Shown piece after piece: positions 42,841 to 58,995 of a stretch of DNA of 64,000 bases. The DNA is taken from assembly GCA_951406725.2 (NCBI GenBank), contig OX597835.1, forward strand, positions 9,300,001-9,364,000, in the 5' to 3' direction. Under the pieces are notes generated by a model. It worked only from the letters and a program-made list of their open reading frames with translations. It had not been told where the DNA came from and did no database searches. A program made the translations under genes and the position numbers. Positions within the stretch are counted from its first letter, which is position 1. The number at the start of each line of letters is the position of its first letter. The stretch is from Octopus vulgaris (taxonomy: Eukaryota).

Positions 42841-43394
42841 TACTCTTTACTCTTTTACTTGTTTCAGTCATATGGGATCTTGGATAGCAAGTCGTTTCTC
42901 GAACACATCCAACCCCACCATGGGGCTCCCTCTAATGTTTTGGCATAGTGTTTAGGAAGGATAGTATTGTATGGTTACTCTTTTACTCTTTTACTTGTTT
43001 CAGTCATTTGACTGCGGCCATGCTGGAGCACCGCCTTTAATCGAGCAACTCGACCCCGGGACTTATTCTTTTTTTTTTGTAAGCCCAGTACTTATTCTAT
43101 CGGTCTCTTCTGCCGAACCGCTAAGTAACGGGTACATAAACACACCAGCATCGGTTGTCAAGCAATGCTAGGGAGACAAACACAGACACACAAACACACA
43201 CACGCATATACATATATATATATATACATATATACGACGGACTTCTTTCAGTTTCCGTCTACCAAATCCACTCACAAGACTTTGGTCGGCCCGAGGCTAT
43301 AGTAGAAGACACCTTGCCCAAGGTGCCACGCAGTGGGACTGAACCCAGAACCATGTGGTTGGTAAACAAGCTACTTACCACACAGCCACTCCCG

Positions 43395-43395
<1 letters not shown>
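42838..43395 (-). mobile_element. SINE family 1 with duplicated tail enclosing a captured segment of about 108 bp
   Basis: Body 42977-43395, captured DNA 42868-42976, second tail 42838-42871. Confidence 0.9.
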
Positions 43396-43428
<33 letters not shown>

Positions 43429-44074
43429 AATGTTCAGAAGTTGAATATGTTATTTGGAGGGATAAGTTTACCATCAACTGTAAGAGTTTCGCTTTTAAGT
43501 CCTGTAAGTACGAGGATGGTTCTGGAGCACCTAACCATACTCTGGATCTTTAGATATTTTGGCACAGGCGTGATACAAATTGGGATTTGTTTCGCTTTAA
43601 AAATGTATTAACCCCATTCAGCTGAAGGAAAATTGTTTTAAAATTGCGGTACTCTTCAAACTCGAGCTGTGATGTAAAGCAGAAACAAAATAATATATTT
43701 GTTCATAGTAAACTCATTTAACGGTATGTATATATATATATTCTTACTGGATACCATCTGCGTAGTATAAACGACAATACTATGTGGTACTACTTCTAAT
43801 GATAGAGAGAAGCCACGCTAGCCACAGAGAAAGATACACATGTGAATTAGGAGGTGTAAATATATGACTCGATATTTCGTTTTCTGCTGATAATGTGGAT
43901 ATTGAAATTGGCGAACTATGGAAATGCAGAAACCTTCACCAATATCACTTCACTCAGCGGATGATATCGTGAATATCAAGTAATATGAATAATGCATTAG
44001 TGAATTTTACCTGTTTATACATATGGAAAGAAAAATCCAGTAGGAAAAATAACATGCACATATTAATACATATA

Positions 44075-44114
<40 letters not shown>

Positions 44115-44179
44115 TATATAGATATATATAAATGTATATGTGTGTTTGTGTTTATGCACATATATATATATACATACAT

Positions 44180-44243
<64 letters not shown>

Positions 44244-44380
44244 CATATATACATACATACATGCATGCATGCATACACATTACAGTTTTAAAAGTCTCAA
44301 GGATTGAAACCGGTACGGCAATGTCTTTTATGAAACTATTTTAGCATTCTCTATCTTGACTTTTCTTTCCACACACACAC

Positions 44381-44477
<97 letters not shown>

Positions 44478-44706
44478 TTCAGAATTTTCAGTGGCAACAC
44501 CGTCGAGCTTTGGAAGTAGATGGGATAAAGTCTATTTGTATTAAAAAATAATAATCAATGTTAGTCAGTTGTTGTTGATCAATATTTCTCCATTTTCTGT
44601 TTGCTTAAAATTTTATATATATATATATATATATTGATGTACTGTATATGTTATATAGATATATTGTATATATTGTATATATATATATACATATATATAG
44701 TAATAG

Positions 44707-44764
<58 letters not shown>

Positions 44765-44772
44765 ATATAATT

Positions 44773-45090
44773 CTTTCATTCTTTCAGTCATTTGACTTAT
44801 TCTATCGGCCTCTTTTACCAAGCCACCAAGTTACGGGGACTCATACACACCAATATTTGTTGTCAAGCGATGAGGCCGGGGACAAAGAAAGACATACAAA
44901 CATATACATACATATATAATTTGTATACGACAGGTTTGCTTTAGTTCCCGTCAACCAAATCCACTCACAAGCCTTTGTTCGGCCTGAGGGTATAGTAGAA
45001 CATAATTGCCCAAGGTGCAACGCAGTGGCACCGAAACCAGAACCACGTCGTTTGTGAGCAAGCTTCTTACCACACATCCACTCCTGCGCC
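44773..45090 (-). mobile_element. Diverged SINE family 1
   Basis: CCACTCCTGCGCC end and ACCAAATCCACTCACAAG motif. Confidence 0.85.
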
Positions 45091-45251
45091 TATCTATACA
45101 TACATATATACATATAAATATATATATGTGTGTGTGTGTATGTATGTGTGTATAGAAAGATAGAGAGAGAGAGATTGATAATATATTATATATATGCATA
45201 CATACATACATAGATCCACATATATGTTTATAGACATATGTGTGTGTTTGT

Positions 45252-45298
<47 letters not shown>

Positions 45299-45787
45299 TG
45301 AGCTGTTTTGTATGGATTCCAGCTACCATATTTCTCACAAAACCTAATATTCAATCCGAACCGTAGAAGAAGGACACGCGCAGAACAACGTGATAGCGAA
45401 TAAAACTGTTTAACAATGGTTTTTTTTTTTTTCCTTTGATTATGTTTTAGTCGTTTCTTACCTGGGAGGTAGAAAGATTCAGAATGGAAACAAAGACAGC
45501 TCTGGTGTTTTCGTCAGAAAGAAAATACCGAAACAGACAGAAATATATATCTCATTTCGATATTAAACAAGATGTATTAATTGCAAGCATAATTTTCGCG
45601 ACTATAATGTTACTAGAGATTCTAATATTACAACAAAATATTTTCTATTATTAACCTAACGATGTACATATATAAGTTTCATGATTGCGACGAATCGCAG
45701 ATATTTAGGCGCACACTCTCAAGCACACACACGCACACATATAGATGGCTAGATTGATTCATAGATAGATAAACAATTGTAGATATA

Positions 45788-45946
45788 GGAGTGGCTGTGT
45801 GGTAAGTAGCTTGCTAACCAACCACATGGTTCTGGGTTCAATCCCACTGCGTCGCATCTTGGGCAAGTGTCTTCCACTATAGCCCCGGTCCGACCAATGC
45901 ATTGCGAGTGGATTTGGTAGACGGAAACTGAAAGAAGCCTGTCGTA

Positions 45947-46005
<59 letters not shown>

Positions 46006-46220
46006 TTGTTTGTGTGTATGTGTTTGTCCCCCTAGCATTGCTTGATAACCGATGCTAGTGTGCTTACGTCCCCGTCACTTAGCGGTTCGGCAAAAGAGAC
46101 CGATAGAATAAGTACTGGACTTACAAAGAATAAGTCCCGGGGTCGATTTGCTCGACTAAAGGCGGTGCTCCAGCATGGCCGCAGTCAAATGACTGAAACA
46201 AGTAAAGGAGTAAAAGAGTA
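45788..46220 (+). mobile_element. SINE family 1
   Basis: Full copy. Confidence 0.92.
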
Positions 46221-46649
46221 ACCATATAATACTATCCTTCCTAAACACTATGCCAAAATATTAGAGGGAGGTCAATGGGATGGGGTTGGATGTGTTCGAG
46301 AAACGACTTGCTATCCAAGATCCCATATGAACCAATATCAAGATAGGAAACTCAAACGAGGGAAGCAGTGTCGAACGCCCTCCATTACCTAAAGCCAATC
46401 ACATAGCAGTAGCCAATTAAAAGGAGATTACACTGGTGGTGCCCCAGGATGGCCACAGCATTAGGGATGAAACATATTAAGGAAGAAAAGAATATAGCTT
46501 TATGATTCTATGTACGCATATCATATATATATATATATATATATATGAAGGTTAATCCAAACATGAAAGCACCAAAAAAACACAACAACGCGACGACGTG
46601 GAACAAATATAGTATTACTGGACGCTCAGGAAAGAAGGAAAGAAGGAGG

Positions 46650-46684
46650 ATTTAACGTTTCGAGCGGAGCTCTTCGTCAGAAAC
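46650..46684 (-). ncRNA. Minimal type I hammerhead ribozyme, canonical core
   Basis: Minus strand reads GTTT-CTGACGA-A-GAGC-TCC-GCTC-GAAAC-GTT-AAAT; stem III is the ACGT palindrome. Confidence 0.8.
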
Positions 46685-46910
46685 AAAGGAGAAGGAAAGA
46701 TCCAGAGAAGGGAAGACAGGGGTAAAAAATCGCCAACGGTACACACACGGTCTAATTTTGAATATATATACAAATATATATATATTTGTATGTGTGCGTG
46801 TGTTTGTGTTTGTGTGTGTGTGTGAGTGTGAGTGGCCGTGTGGTGAGAAGCTTGCTTACCAACCACATAGACCCGGGTTCAGTCCCACTTGAAAGAAGGA
46901 AAGAAGGAGG

Positions 46911-46945
46911 GTTTAACGTTTCGAGCGGAACTCTTCGTCAGAAAC
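46911..46945 (-). ncRNA. Minimal type I hammerhead ribozyme, canonical core
   Basis: Minus strand reads GTTT-CTGACGA-A-GAGT-TCC-GCTC-GAAAC-GTT-AAAC; a G-U pair preserves stem II. Confidence 0.8.
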
Positions 46946-49035
46946 ATGAGAAAAGGAAAGATCCAGAGAAGGGATGACAGAGGGAAAAAAATAGCCAGCG
47001 GTACCCACGCGGTCACATTTTGAATGCAGGATTTTGAATTCATATATATATATATATATGAATATACGGGTACAGGCAGGACACCACCATCTTAAATACG
47101 AAAGCAAATGATTTCAATACGCAAACAACCTGAGAAACAAATGGAAACCAGGACAAGTAACATAAAGAATGACCCTTCATCAGTTGTCGGCTGTCTATCT
47201 ACTCCTCATTTCGAGAAGTGAACGTCAATATAAGGGTTAGAAGACATATGCTCCCATATATACCAAAATAGAATTTGGGATTTTGCAGGGTTAAATTTGG
47301 GAACAAAAACAGGACAGTGGAAACCGAACGCAAAAAAACAAAAAACAAGAAGGGTTGTTAGACAAGAACGAGGATAAAATAGCGAATACTGGAGAAATAT
47401 TTTCTTTGACAAGAGAAAAGATAGAATAGACAGACAGGTTACGCCCAGTCTATAGGACAACCCTGATCGCGTGAGGAAAAGAATGATGTACGATGTTTTC
47501 GTGTGAGCAACGAAAGAGAGTAAAGGAGAAAGAGGGGAGAGAGAGAGAGAGAGAGAGACAGATAGACAACGGAGAAGGGGAGAAAAAAGGAATTAGAGAA
47601 AAGGAGGAGAGAGAAAACGATTTGGGGAAAAACAGTATATATGAGCGAGATGTAAACAGTAGCAGCACGACAGCGTGAAGTATATTTTGCACCTAGATAT
47701 GGTTGACCCATATGGGACGATGCTATTGTGGTTTATAGGCCCAGGAAGACATCTCCTCTAGCTGGCTAACGACACACTGTCTGTGCCGGATCTGTATTTG
47801 CGAAAGGGAATCATCGTTCCTATCTCTATAAAATGTTTCTAATATAACAATTTAAATATATTCTTTAATCATATAACACTATCCTTCTGTAGTATTTTCA
47901 CTCTTTTTTGTCTTTTATACAACCAACCACGTGCTTTCACATACCACCTATCTCACCTATATATACATATATATAGACAGAGAGAGAGAGAGATACACAT
48001 AAATACATACACACATTGCGAGTATTCTTCTGCAGGTACATGGGAACACTCACTGATACACTATGACACATTTACACGTCTCAGACATATATATACTTAG
48101 AGACAGACCGATAGATAATAAATAGATTGAGTGATATGTGTGCAGAAAGATATAGACATACACATATATGTATGTGTGTCTTATATGTATATATAAGACA
48201 TTATATATACGTGTGCGTGTGAGTGTGTGTGTGTGTTTGTATGTATGTATGCACTTATATATACTGCGCAAATATTCATTCGTTGTCAATATAAAAAAGC
48301 ACTCAATGACATAATTTAATCGTTTGTTTTCACGTCTGCTTTTAATTTTCCTTTCTCGAATTGCTTATTCTGTGTTGTTTATTTCTCCATTCTAAATTGG
48401 CAATCATTTGCGTTGTTTCATTTGCAGACAAATTGGATACTATTAAACTATATAACATAACCTACATTGAGTCCTGTACTGACTACTTCTACAACTACTA
48501 CTACTACTACTAAGATGAGGAGGAGGAGTAGTAGTAAGAGCTCTGCTGCTGCTGCTGCGGAATCGGCTTTTGAAGTTTAAACAGTAATGAGGAAGACAAA
48601 TTCGAGCAAATTTCAAAGAAAGAAAGGTAAAGAAAAAAAGGAAGAAAACAAGTAGAAAAAAATGAATCTAAGAAACCAGGAAAGAGAACATTTATTCTTC
48701 ACAGAATTAAAATTGAGCAAATCTTTTAGAAAAGCTGTTTCTTCATATTATAACAGGGGTACTACTACTACTATTACTGCAAGTACTTCTATTACGTCTG
48801 CTAGTATTTCTTCAGTTACTGATACCCGTGCTTCTGTTGCTGCTGTTAATAAAAAACAATCAATTCTACTATAGGCACAAGGCCTGAAATTTGAGGGGAG
48901 GGTACTAGTCGAGTATTGCCCTTACCATGCGATAACATTCTCTTCTGAACCTTACCTTTATCATAGAATGTTTGATTCCATCACTTTCAAATACCCTTTG
49001 GGATTTGTAGCTCTCCATTATTATTATTATCATTA

Positions 49036-49470
49036 TTTATTGTGGTTACGTAGCTTCTGTCGCTGGAAATGTACTACGGTGCCAGCTGTTCACTACCTGT
49101 GAACTAAAATTACACCTCTTAGTTTTTGAGCACCATCCAGAGTATTCGCGGAGTTCCAAGTACCACTGTTTTCTGCAAGTGCTCCACCCTTATTGCAGCC
49201 CCTATTTGTTCCATGTACGTCTCAAGATTTTTACTCACTACTACCATCTTTTTCTCGACCACAACTGCTTAACCTCCCAAGCTAACCTGTCATATCTATC
49301 GACTTTTCTTTTTTCCCTTATCGTCAGCTGGGCATGTTTTATCCATGATACAGCATCGTTTGCTATCTTTCTCAATTAACTCTATCTCATGGTCGCACTG
49401 AATCACTAAATCCCATAGGATCTTTGCATTATCATTTTTTATGATGCCTTCGGGTTTATGTTCGTTGAAA
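49036..49470 (-). mobile_element. Dong/R4-like LINE 3' fragment (RLE domain)
   Basis: EHKPEGIIKNDNAKILWDLVIQCDHEI, RYDRLAWEVKQLW and LQKTVVLGTPRIL; short AAT tracts at both ends. Confidence 0.85.
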
Positions 49471-49477
49471 ATAATAA

Positions 49478-49478
49478 T

Positions 49479-49559
<81 letters not shown>

Positions 49560-49641
49560 CACTACTACCACTACTACTACTACTACTACTTCTACTACTA
49601 CTACTGCTGCTGCTACTACTACTACTACTACTACTACTACT
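49478..49641. repeat. (CTA/CCA)n microsatellite
   Basis: Tandem array. Confidence 0.95.
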
Positions 49642-49913
49642 ATTGAGTTCCAATACTGCCTATGTTGACATTATATTTCATTCCGTTTAAGTCGATAAAA
49701 TAAGTAGCAGGTGGGCGTGGGGTGTGTGGTCAACATCGGCACTATTGGCTCAATTATCCCACTCCCGTTAAATTGCTGGCTATATGCCAGCATTTTAGAC
49801 AGTTTTAGACAATTTTAGATAAACTATTGTTGATAACGTTGTTGTTAATGTCACTTTTGCAAATTTTCTGATACGAGTAAAATGGATTCCACCTGCGATG
49901 CAATTATGATATG

Positions 49914-50139
49914 AGAAGAGGAAGGTGAAGGAGAAGGTGAAGAAGAAGAAGAAGAAGAAGAAGAAGAAGAAGAAGAAGAAGAAGAAGAAGAAGAAGAAGA
50001 TGGAGAGGATGAAGAAGAAAAAGAAAATGAAGAAGGAGAAGAAAAGGAAGAAGAAGAAGAAGAAGAAGAAGAAGAAGAAGAAGAAGAAGAAGAAGAAGAA
50101 GAAGAAGAAGAAGAAGAAGAAGAAGAAGAAGAAGAAGAA
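49914..50139. repeat. (GAA)n microsatellite
   Basis: Polypurine tract. Confidence 0.97.
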
Positions 50140-51124
50140 TGTCGAACATTGACACTAAAAAACAGACAAACCATAAAACTGATTAGGAAAGCATACCTGA
50201 GGTAAGAAGTGATTTGTTTCATAACTTTGAAAGAGATAAAGGAAATTATAAAGACTAATCTAAGAAATAACGTAATAAAAGCGATATGACAGAAAATAAT
50301 ATCCTGGAATTGCGGGAGTAAGTGTAGCAGAATAAAATAAACAGATAACAAATGAGATGTTTTAGAGAAAAACAAACAAATATATAATGATAGCTAACAT
50401 TAATAAAATAATTATAGACTGATAAAAAAAAAACAAAAAACGAAAGACTTATGTCAACGCAGTGATGGTTGAGGAGAAGATAGAGAGATCGACTGGCGTC
50501 TTTTCGATTATGCTTGCTTATGGAAAAGTGAAATATTATGTTGATTTAGATGGACGAAAACAATTCTATGAACGGAACGAAAGAAGAGAAACGAAGAACG
50601 CATGAAAGATAAATGGTAACAAATAAGTATTCTCGAATTTCTATGGAATACATTCCGCCAACCTTAATTTTTTTGCTTTGCGTTTTTCTTATTATATCTA
50701 CCGGTATATTTCTTTTTTTACCTATAACATTTCTATTAGAAAACACTTAAGTCTATTGTTATATAAACCACTTTGTTACCACAAGTATTGATCACCTGCA
50801 AAGATCACTGCGAGGAAATAGTAATGAAAATATCGGAAAAAATATGATTCGATATATCTGGTAAAGAAACAACAATAGGAGGAAAACGAATGAAAAAAAA
50901 CTGAAAATTTTGTATATCGATTTGATTGACCAAATATTACAGTTATATTTTGAAGAAAATATTTCCAGTGCTAGTGGCAGCGATAGTTGTTGTTTTGTGG
51001 TAGCGGTAGTGGTGGTGATAGTATTGTCTGCATAAAGAACGTTGACATTTGCTTAAGTGAGAAGTTTGCAGTAAATAAAGACGCCAGAAGTTATTGAAAG
51101 GGAAAGAAAATAATCGGTTAATTG

Positions 51125-51475
51125 TTGCTGTAGTTTGAAATTTTGAGACAATTAGCCATTTTTTTTTTTTTTGAATTTAACGTTTCATTCAGTATAGTCT
51201 GCCATTGTCTTCAGTCTCAATATTTCAGTAGGTGTAAAATGAACTGAATTTCACTGAGCCAAAGCAACTAGGCAGAAGGTTATTGTTCGTACTCACATAT
51301 TTGCTGTAGTTTGAAATTTTGAGACAATTAGCCATTTTTTTTTTTGAATTTGACGTTTCATTCAGTGTAGTCTGCCATTGTCTTCTGTCTCAATATTTTA
51401 GTAGTTGTAAAATGAACTGAATTTCACTGAGCCAAAGCAACTAGGCAGAAGATTATTGTTGGTACTCACATATTT
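51125..51475. repeat. Tandem duplication, 2 x about 175 bp
   Basis: TTGCTGTAGTTTGAAATTTTGAG...ACTCACATAT starts at 51125 and again at 51301. Confidence 0.93.
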
Positions 51476-51634
51476 AGATAGACAGGTAGTTGTATTGACT
51501 CGCAATAAGAGGAGAAAGAAGATCAGTCAAATGGCTTCAATAAACTTACAACAGAAGACATAGGTTCGGTACCAGTGGGTACCAGATCCATATATTTCAA
51601 TCGAGTTGAAGATGCAGCATTGAACTGTATAACC

Positions 51635-51866
51635 TTTTTTTTTTACTACCCACAAGGGGCTAAATGCAGAGAGGACAAACAAGAATAGACGAACGGATTA
51701 AGTCTATTATATCGATCCCAGTGCGTAACTGGTACTTATTTAATCGACCCCGAAAGGATGAAAGGCAAAGTCGACCTCGGCGGAATTTGAACTCAGAACG
51801 TAACGGCAGACGAAATACCGCTAAGCATTTCGCCCGGCGTGCTAACGTTTCTGCCAGCTCGCCGCC
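51635..51866 (-). mobile_element. SINE family 2 with 15-bp TSD
   Basis: TTGAACTGTATAACC at 51620-51634 and 51867-51881. Confidence 0.93.
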
Positions 51867-52217
51867 TTGAACTGTATAACCACACAACACAAGAGTAGAC
51901 ATGTGCCATCCAATGTTCTTAGATACCGTTTATTAAATTCCACTCGAATGATTTGCCAAAACTGGACCTATATGGAAAGATATATACTAATGTGCCACAA
52001 GGGATTGGTGCCGTTTCGAAGTGATTTAAAGTTAAATATGGTTTCTGTGCTAAAAGTTGTGTCAATGAAAAATAGCTTAGACATACTTTAGAGAGAAACA
52101 GAAAGTCAATCAATCAACGTTAATGACTAAAGTATGTTAAAGAGTAAATAAATGATTTGTATCTGGCTTGCATTAAGATTTCTGATTGTATTTCAATGAC
52201 TCAATCTCCATGTTCAT

Positions 52218-52301
<84 letters not shown>

Positions 52302-52444
52302 ACACTTTTCCTCTGTTGCTTTCTTTCTCAGTCTGATTGTCTGTCGCTCGCTCCCTATTCTCTCTTTCTCTCTGTCAGTCTCTCTCTCTCTTTCTCTGCC
52401 AGTCTTTCTCACTCTCTTACTCATCTGCGCACTCACTTTTACCT

Positions 52445-52481
<37 letters not shown>

Positions 52482-52555
52482 CTTACACAAGCCAACAAGG
52501 AAGACTCTGCTTTCTAACTCTTCCTGCTCAAATTATAAAATTCTGACTTCTTCAA

Positions 52556-52707
52556 AGACAGACAAAGGGATTAAGTCGATTACATCGACCCTAGTGCGTA
52601 ACTTGTACTTAATTTATCAACCCCGAACGGATGAAAGGCAAAGTCGACCTCGGCGGAATTTGAACTCAGAACGTAACGGCTGACGAAATACGGCGTGCTA
52701 ACGATTC
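52556..52707 (-). mobile_element. Partial SINE family 2
   Basis: Central domain and B-box present. Confidence 0.85.
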
Positions 52708-52789
52708 ACAGACCTCCACACAATCACGCATACACATAAATGTGTGTATGCCTATACATGTATGCGTGTATGGTTTTTGAATATATATA

Positions 52790-52941
52790 GGCGCAGGAGT
52801 GGCTGTGTGGTAAGTACCTTGCTTAGAAACCACATGGTTCCGGGTTCCGTCCCACTGCGTGGCATCTTGCTATATATAGGCCCGGGCCGACCAATGCCTT
52901 GTGAGTGGATTTGGTAGACGGAAACTGAAAGAAGCCTGTCG

Positions 52942-52980
<39 letters not shown>

Positions 52981-53198
52981 TTGTGTGTCTGTGTTTGTCC
53001 CCCTAGCATTGCTTGACAACCGATGCTGGTGTGTTTACGTCCCCGTCACTTAGCGGTTCGGCAAAAGAGACCGATAAAATTAAGTACTGGGCTTACAAAA
53101 GAATGAGTCCCGGGGTCGATTTGCTCGACTAAAGGCGGTGCTGCAGCATGGCCGCAGTCAAATGACTGAAACAAGTAAAAGAGTAAAAGAGTAAAGAG
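52790..53198 (+). mobile_element. SINE family 1
   Basis: Full copy with a small internal deletion. Confidence 0.92.
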
Positions 53199-53380
53199 TG
53201 TGTATGGCTATATGATATGGTATATATATGTGTGTGTATAAATTCATGTATGTCTATATATAGTATATTTTTGTTGTTTATGAGGTTTTCTACCGTCTAC
53301 GTCATAAGTGACATTACGTCTCTGAAATAACTTAACATTCCATCAGTCATAATCATAGTATTGATATAATTTTCTTGTAA

Positions 53381-53709
53381 AGGGTAAAGACCCCCTTGGG
53401 TCATGAATGACCATGGGATTGCACCTAGAAAGTTACCCTCCTAGACACAAGTCCGGGCAAGGTTGTTTATGGAAGACCAGTAGTCGCCCATGCATACCGG
53501 CCTCCCCTCTCCACGCCACCAGTGTTATCCAAGGGAAAGACAAGGGCCGATACAGCTTGGCACCAGTGACGTCGCAACTCATTTCTACAGCAATGAACTG
53601 GAGCAACGTGAAATAAAGTGCCTTGCTCAAGAACACAACACGCAGCCCGGTCCGGGATTCGAGCTCACAACCTCACGATCGTAAGCTCGACGCTCTAACC
53701 ACTGAGCCA
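53381..53709 (-). mobile_element. SINE family 4
   Basis: Reverse complement of 17655-17984. Confidence 0.9.
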
Positions 53710-53905
53710 GTGAACAATAATATACTCACGTTTTGGTATGGTAACAAACCGACAGTTATTTGTTTAATACCGTCTGCTACATTTTTCCGTTTCATATTTC
53801 ACAACACAGAACTGAAAGCAACTGTACTCTTGTCAGAATTCGAATTTCCATTCACGTCAAAATTCCAACCATATATTTATTGCAAATGTCTGCTTCGCAA
53901 CAAAA

Positions 53906-53940
<35 letters not shown>

Positions 53941-55166
53941 CGTGTTTGGTCCAAGAACCGGTATGATTACATTAACATACTACACGGAGATGGTGAAGAT
54001 ATTACATATTTGAATGAAATCTTCCACGCCACACTTAACAAATTACTTGAAATTTACCTTTTAGTTTGGAGAATAGAGTCAGATCTTAACGACACTTGAA
54101 TACATTTTCCCTGGAGAACGAAAGTGTTTCAAAAAACGACGATTTTGTGACGATGGACAATACATCAAACTATCTGACCATTCCTGCCAACATCGATCAT
54201 GTTTTTATTTCAAGCATACAAACGTCACTATCGTTCCATGATATACAACAGCTCTTCTTCTATATGTTATTAGACTGTAGTAGATATAGGCGTACAACAG
54301 AAGAATTTTTCGTTCTTATATTAATCACGGATCTTCAACATCAAGACTTGTGCATTCTCACAGAATAGATAACACATGGTGTTCTGTCACGAACAATCTA
54401 AATAAATGTGTATCTACCCACAGCCGAGGATAAACTACGCTTCTCACTTTGCTTATCGTCCCTCAAGCATGAATTGGCTCCATGTGAAATGGTACACTCC
54501 GTCGTCTCTCTCCTAAATTGACTTCCACTCACCATCTCAGCTCCCTCCACTTACTATCCACGTCACATAAAGAGTTATGTAACTGATATGTTACAAAATT
54601 CTGTAGCGGCATTGTTAAAAGTCTGATTTTTTAACTACAAGATATAACTCCTTCGAAATGTAGACGATGTTGATAAAGTCTTTGTTGAACACTTATGAAA
54701 TCGCTGAAATATATTAGTTATTGTAAAGATTATAATCTCTTCTTTATAATGGACCAAAATTATTTTGATATGTTTCCCATTTTAGTTGCGGATATTTGCT
54801 GATGAAAGAGGTTTTTATTGTTCACATTCTGAGTGTATTGTTTTAAACCCTGAAATGTAATTATTTATATCAAATATCTGATTCTCGCTGATGATTGAAT
54901 CATGTTCTTCGAAACATACAATGCGATAGGTTTCACTAGAATCGGTTTGCTCTTGCTGCTTTCTTACATTTCTAAAATCTCTTTGTATTTCTTTAAAATA
55001 TTTTCCTTGTCTTGCATAAGATTAAATCGTTTGCTTCTTCTTTTTTATCTTTTCCATTTTATGTTAGCTTTCCGCCATATTGTTGCCAGCCTTTCTGTGA
55101 TTGGTGGCCTTAATTTGAGCAAGAATAACACAGTTTTCTCCGATACTGTCATAAATATTCACTAAA

Positions 55167-57836
<2,670 letters not shown>

Positions 57837-58124
57837 TGGGTTGAAATACTCCTTTGTTTTAATAAGGTTGTATGTTTCATTCGTCCTCCTCAGAGCCTCA
57901 AATATCACGAATTCCCATCATTGGCTGGCAAAGAACATCACACGTTGATTTCCTCTCAGATGTGTTGCCGAAGTCAGAGATTTGCTGCACATTTCTCCGA
58001 ACGAAGCAATATTCAAATTTTGCACAGTAGTAAGAGATACTAATATCTCTACAATGTGTAAGGAACAGAATAAGCACACTTTAGAGAATTACAAAACAGA
58101 TGTAATACTGAACGGTATGAATAA

Positions 58125-58497
58125 CTAGCAGTATCGCCCGGCGTTGCTCAGGTTTGTAAGGGAAATAACTATAAAGCATTTTTAGAGAGTTATAGCCAAA
58201 AAATAGCAAAAAAATGGAAAAAAAATGAAGGTAAATTTTTTTGAGAGTTAAAAAAGGTCGAGTTGCGTCCCCTAGACAGTTTGTGGTTTGGGTTTCTGAT
58301 TCTCGACCCCATGTCGAATTTATCGATTTTTCAGAACTTTTCAAAATTTTCGCTGCGTTAGTTTTGAATTATGACATTGAGCTATGTGTGTGTCAAGTTT
58401 CATCAGAATCGGTTGAAAGCCGCGGTCAGGGTGAGGGTACAACCAAACAGACACACAGAAACACGCACAGACAAACTGCCGTTTATATAGAGAGAGA
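58125..58497 (-). mobile_element. Non-autonomous Helitron
   Basis: Minus strand runs 5'-TC...CTAG-3' between host A and T, with a subterminal hairpin CCTGAGCAACGCCGGG. Confidence 0.8.
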
Positions 58498-58873
58498 TAT
58501 TAAAATCGGCCGCAGTGACATAACTTTGAAGATAAAACGATAGTTGGCAGCGCTTTTGTATAATGAACAGGAAGTGTTCCGAAACGCGCAGATAATTGAA
58601 CTAGGAAAGTATTCACTGCGCTCAAGATCCACCTTTCTCTAAGGGATATATTCAGATATGCTTGACAAGCTCATACGCAGGACGTGAAATGCCAGAAGAA
58701 TAAATACAATGGATCGGGATTTATCTTGTAGCAGCGAAAACTAAAAGTGAATGGTGAAACAAATCAAACCAAAATAAATACAAAAACGTCTTATTTTTAT
58801 TATTATGGTGTGTGTGTTTCGGTGTGCATGCTTGTGTGTATTGATATATGCATGTATGTACCTTTATTATGTA

Positions 58874-58911
<38 letters not shown>

Positions 58912-58964
58912 CATACTTACATATGTAGATATATATATATATATATACATACTTACATATGTAG

Positions 58965-58995
<31 letters not shown>

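Larger units (their letters stand above)
46548..47022 (-). mobile_element. Partial tandem of Penelope-like family A element with an intervening SINE head
   Basis: Units 46548-46760 and 46891-47022; SINE family 1 head on the + strand at 46830-46889. Confidence 0.75.

Noticed and set aside
47170-47220. Minus-strand GAAA...CTGATGA arrangement suggesting a type II hammerhead
   Set aside because: Stem I cannot be paired and stem III is marginal.
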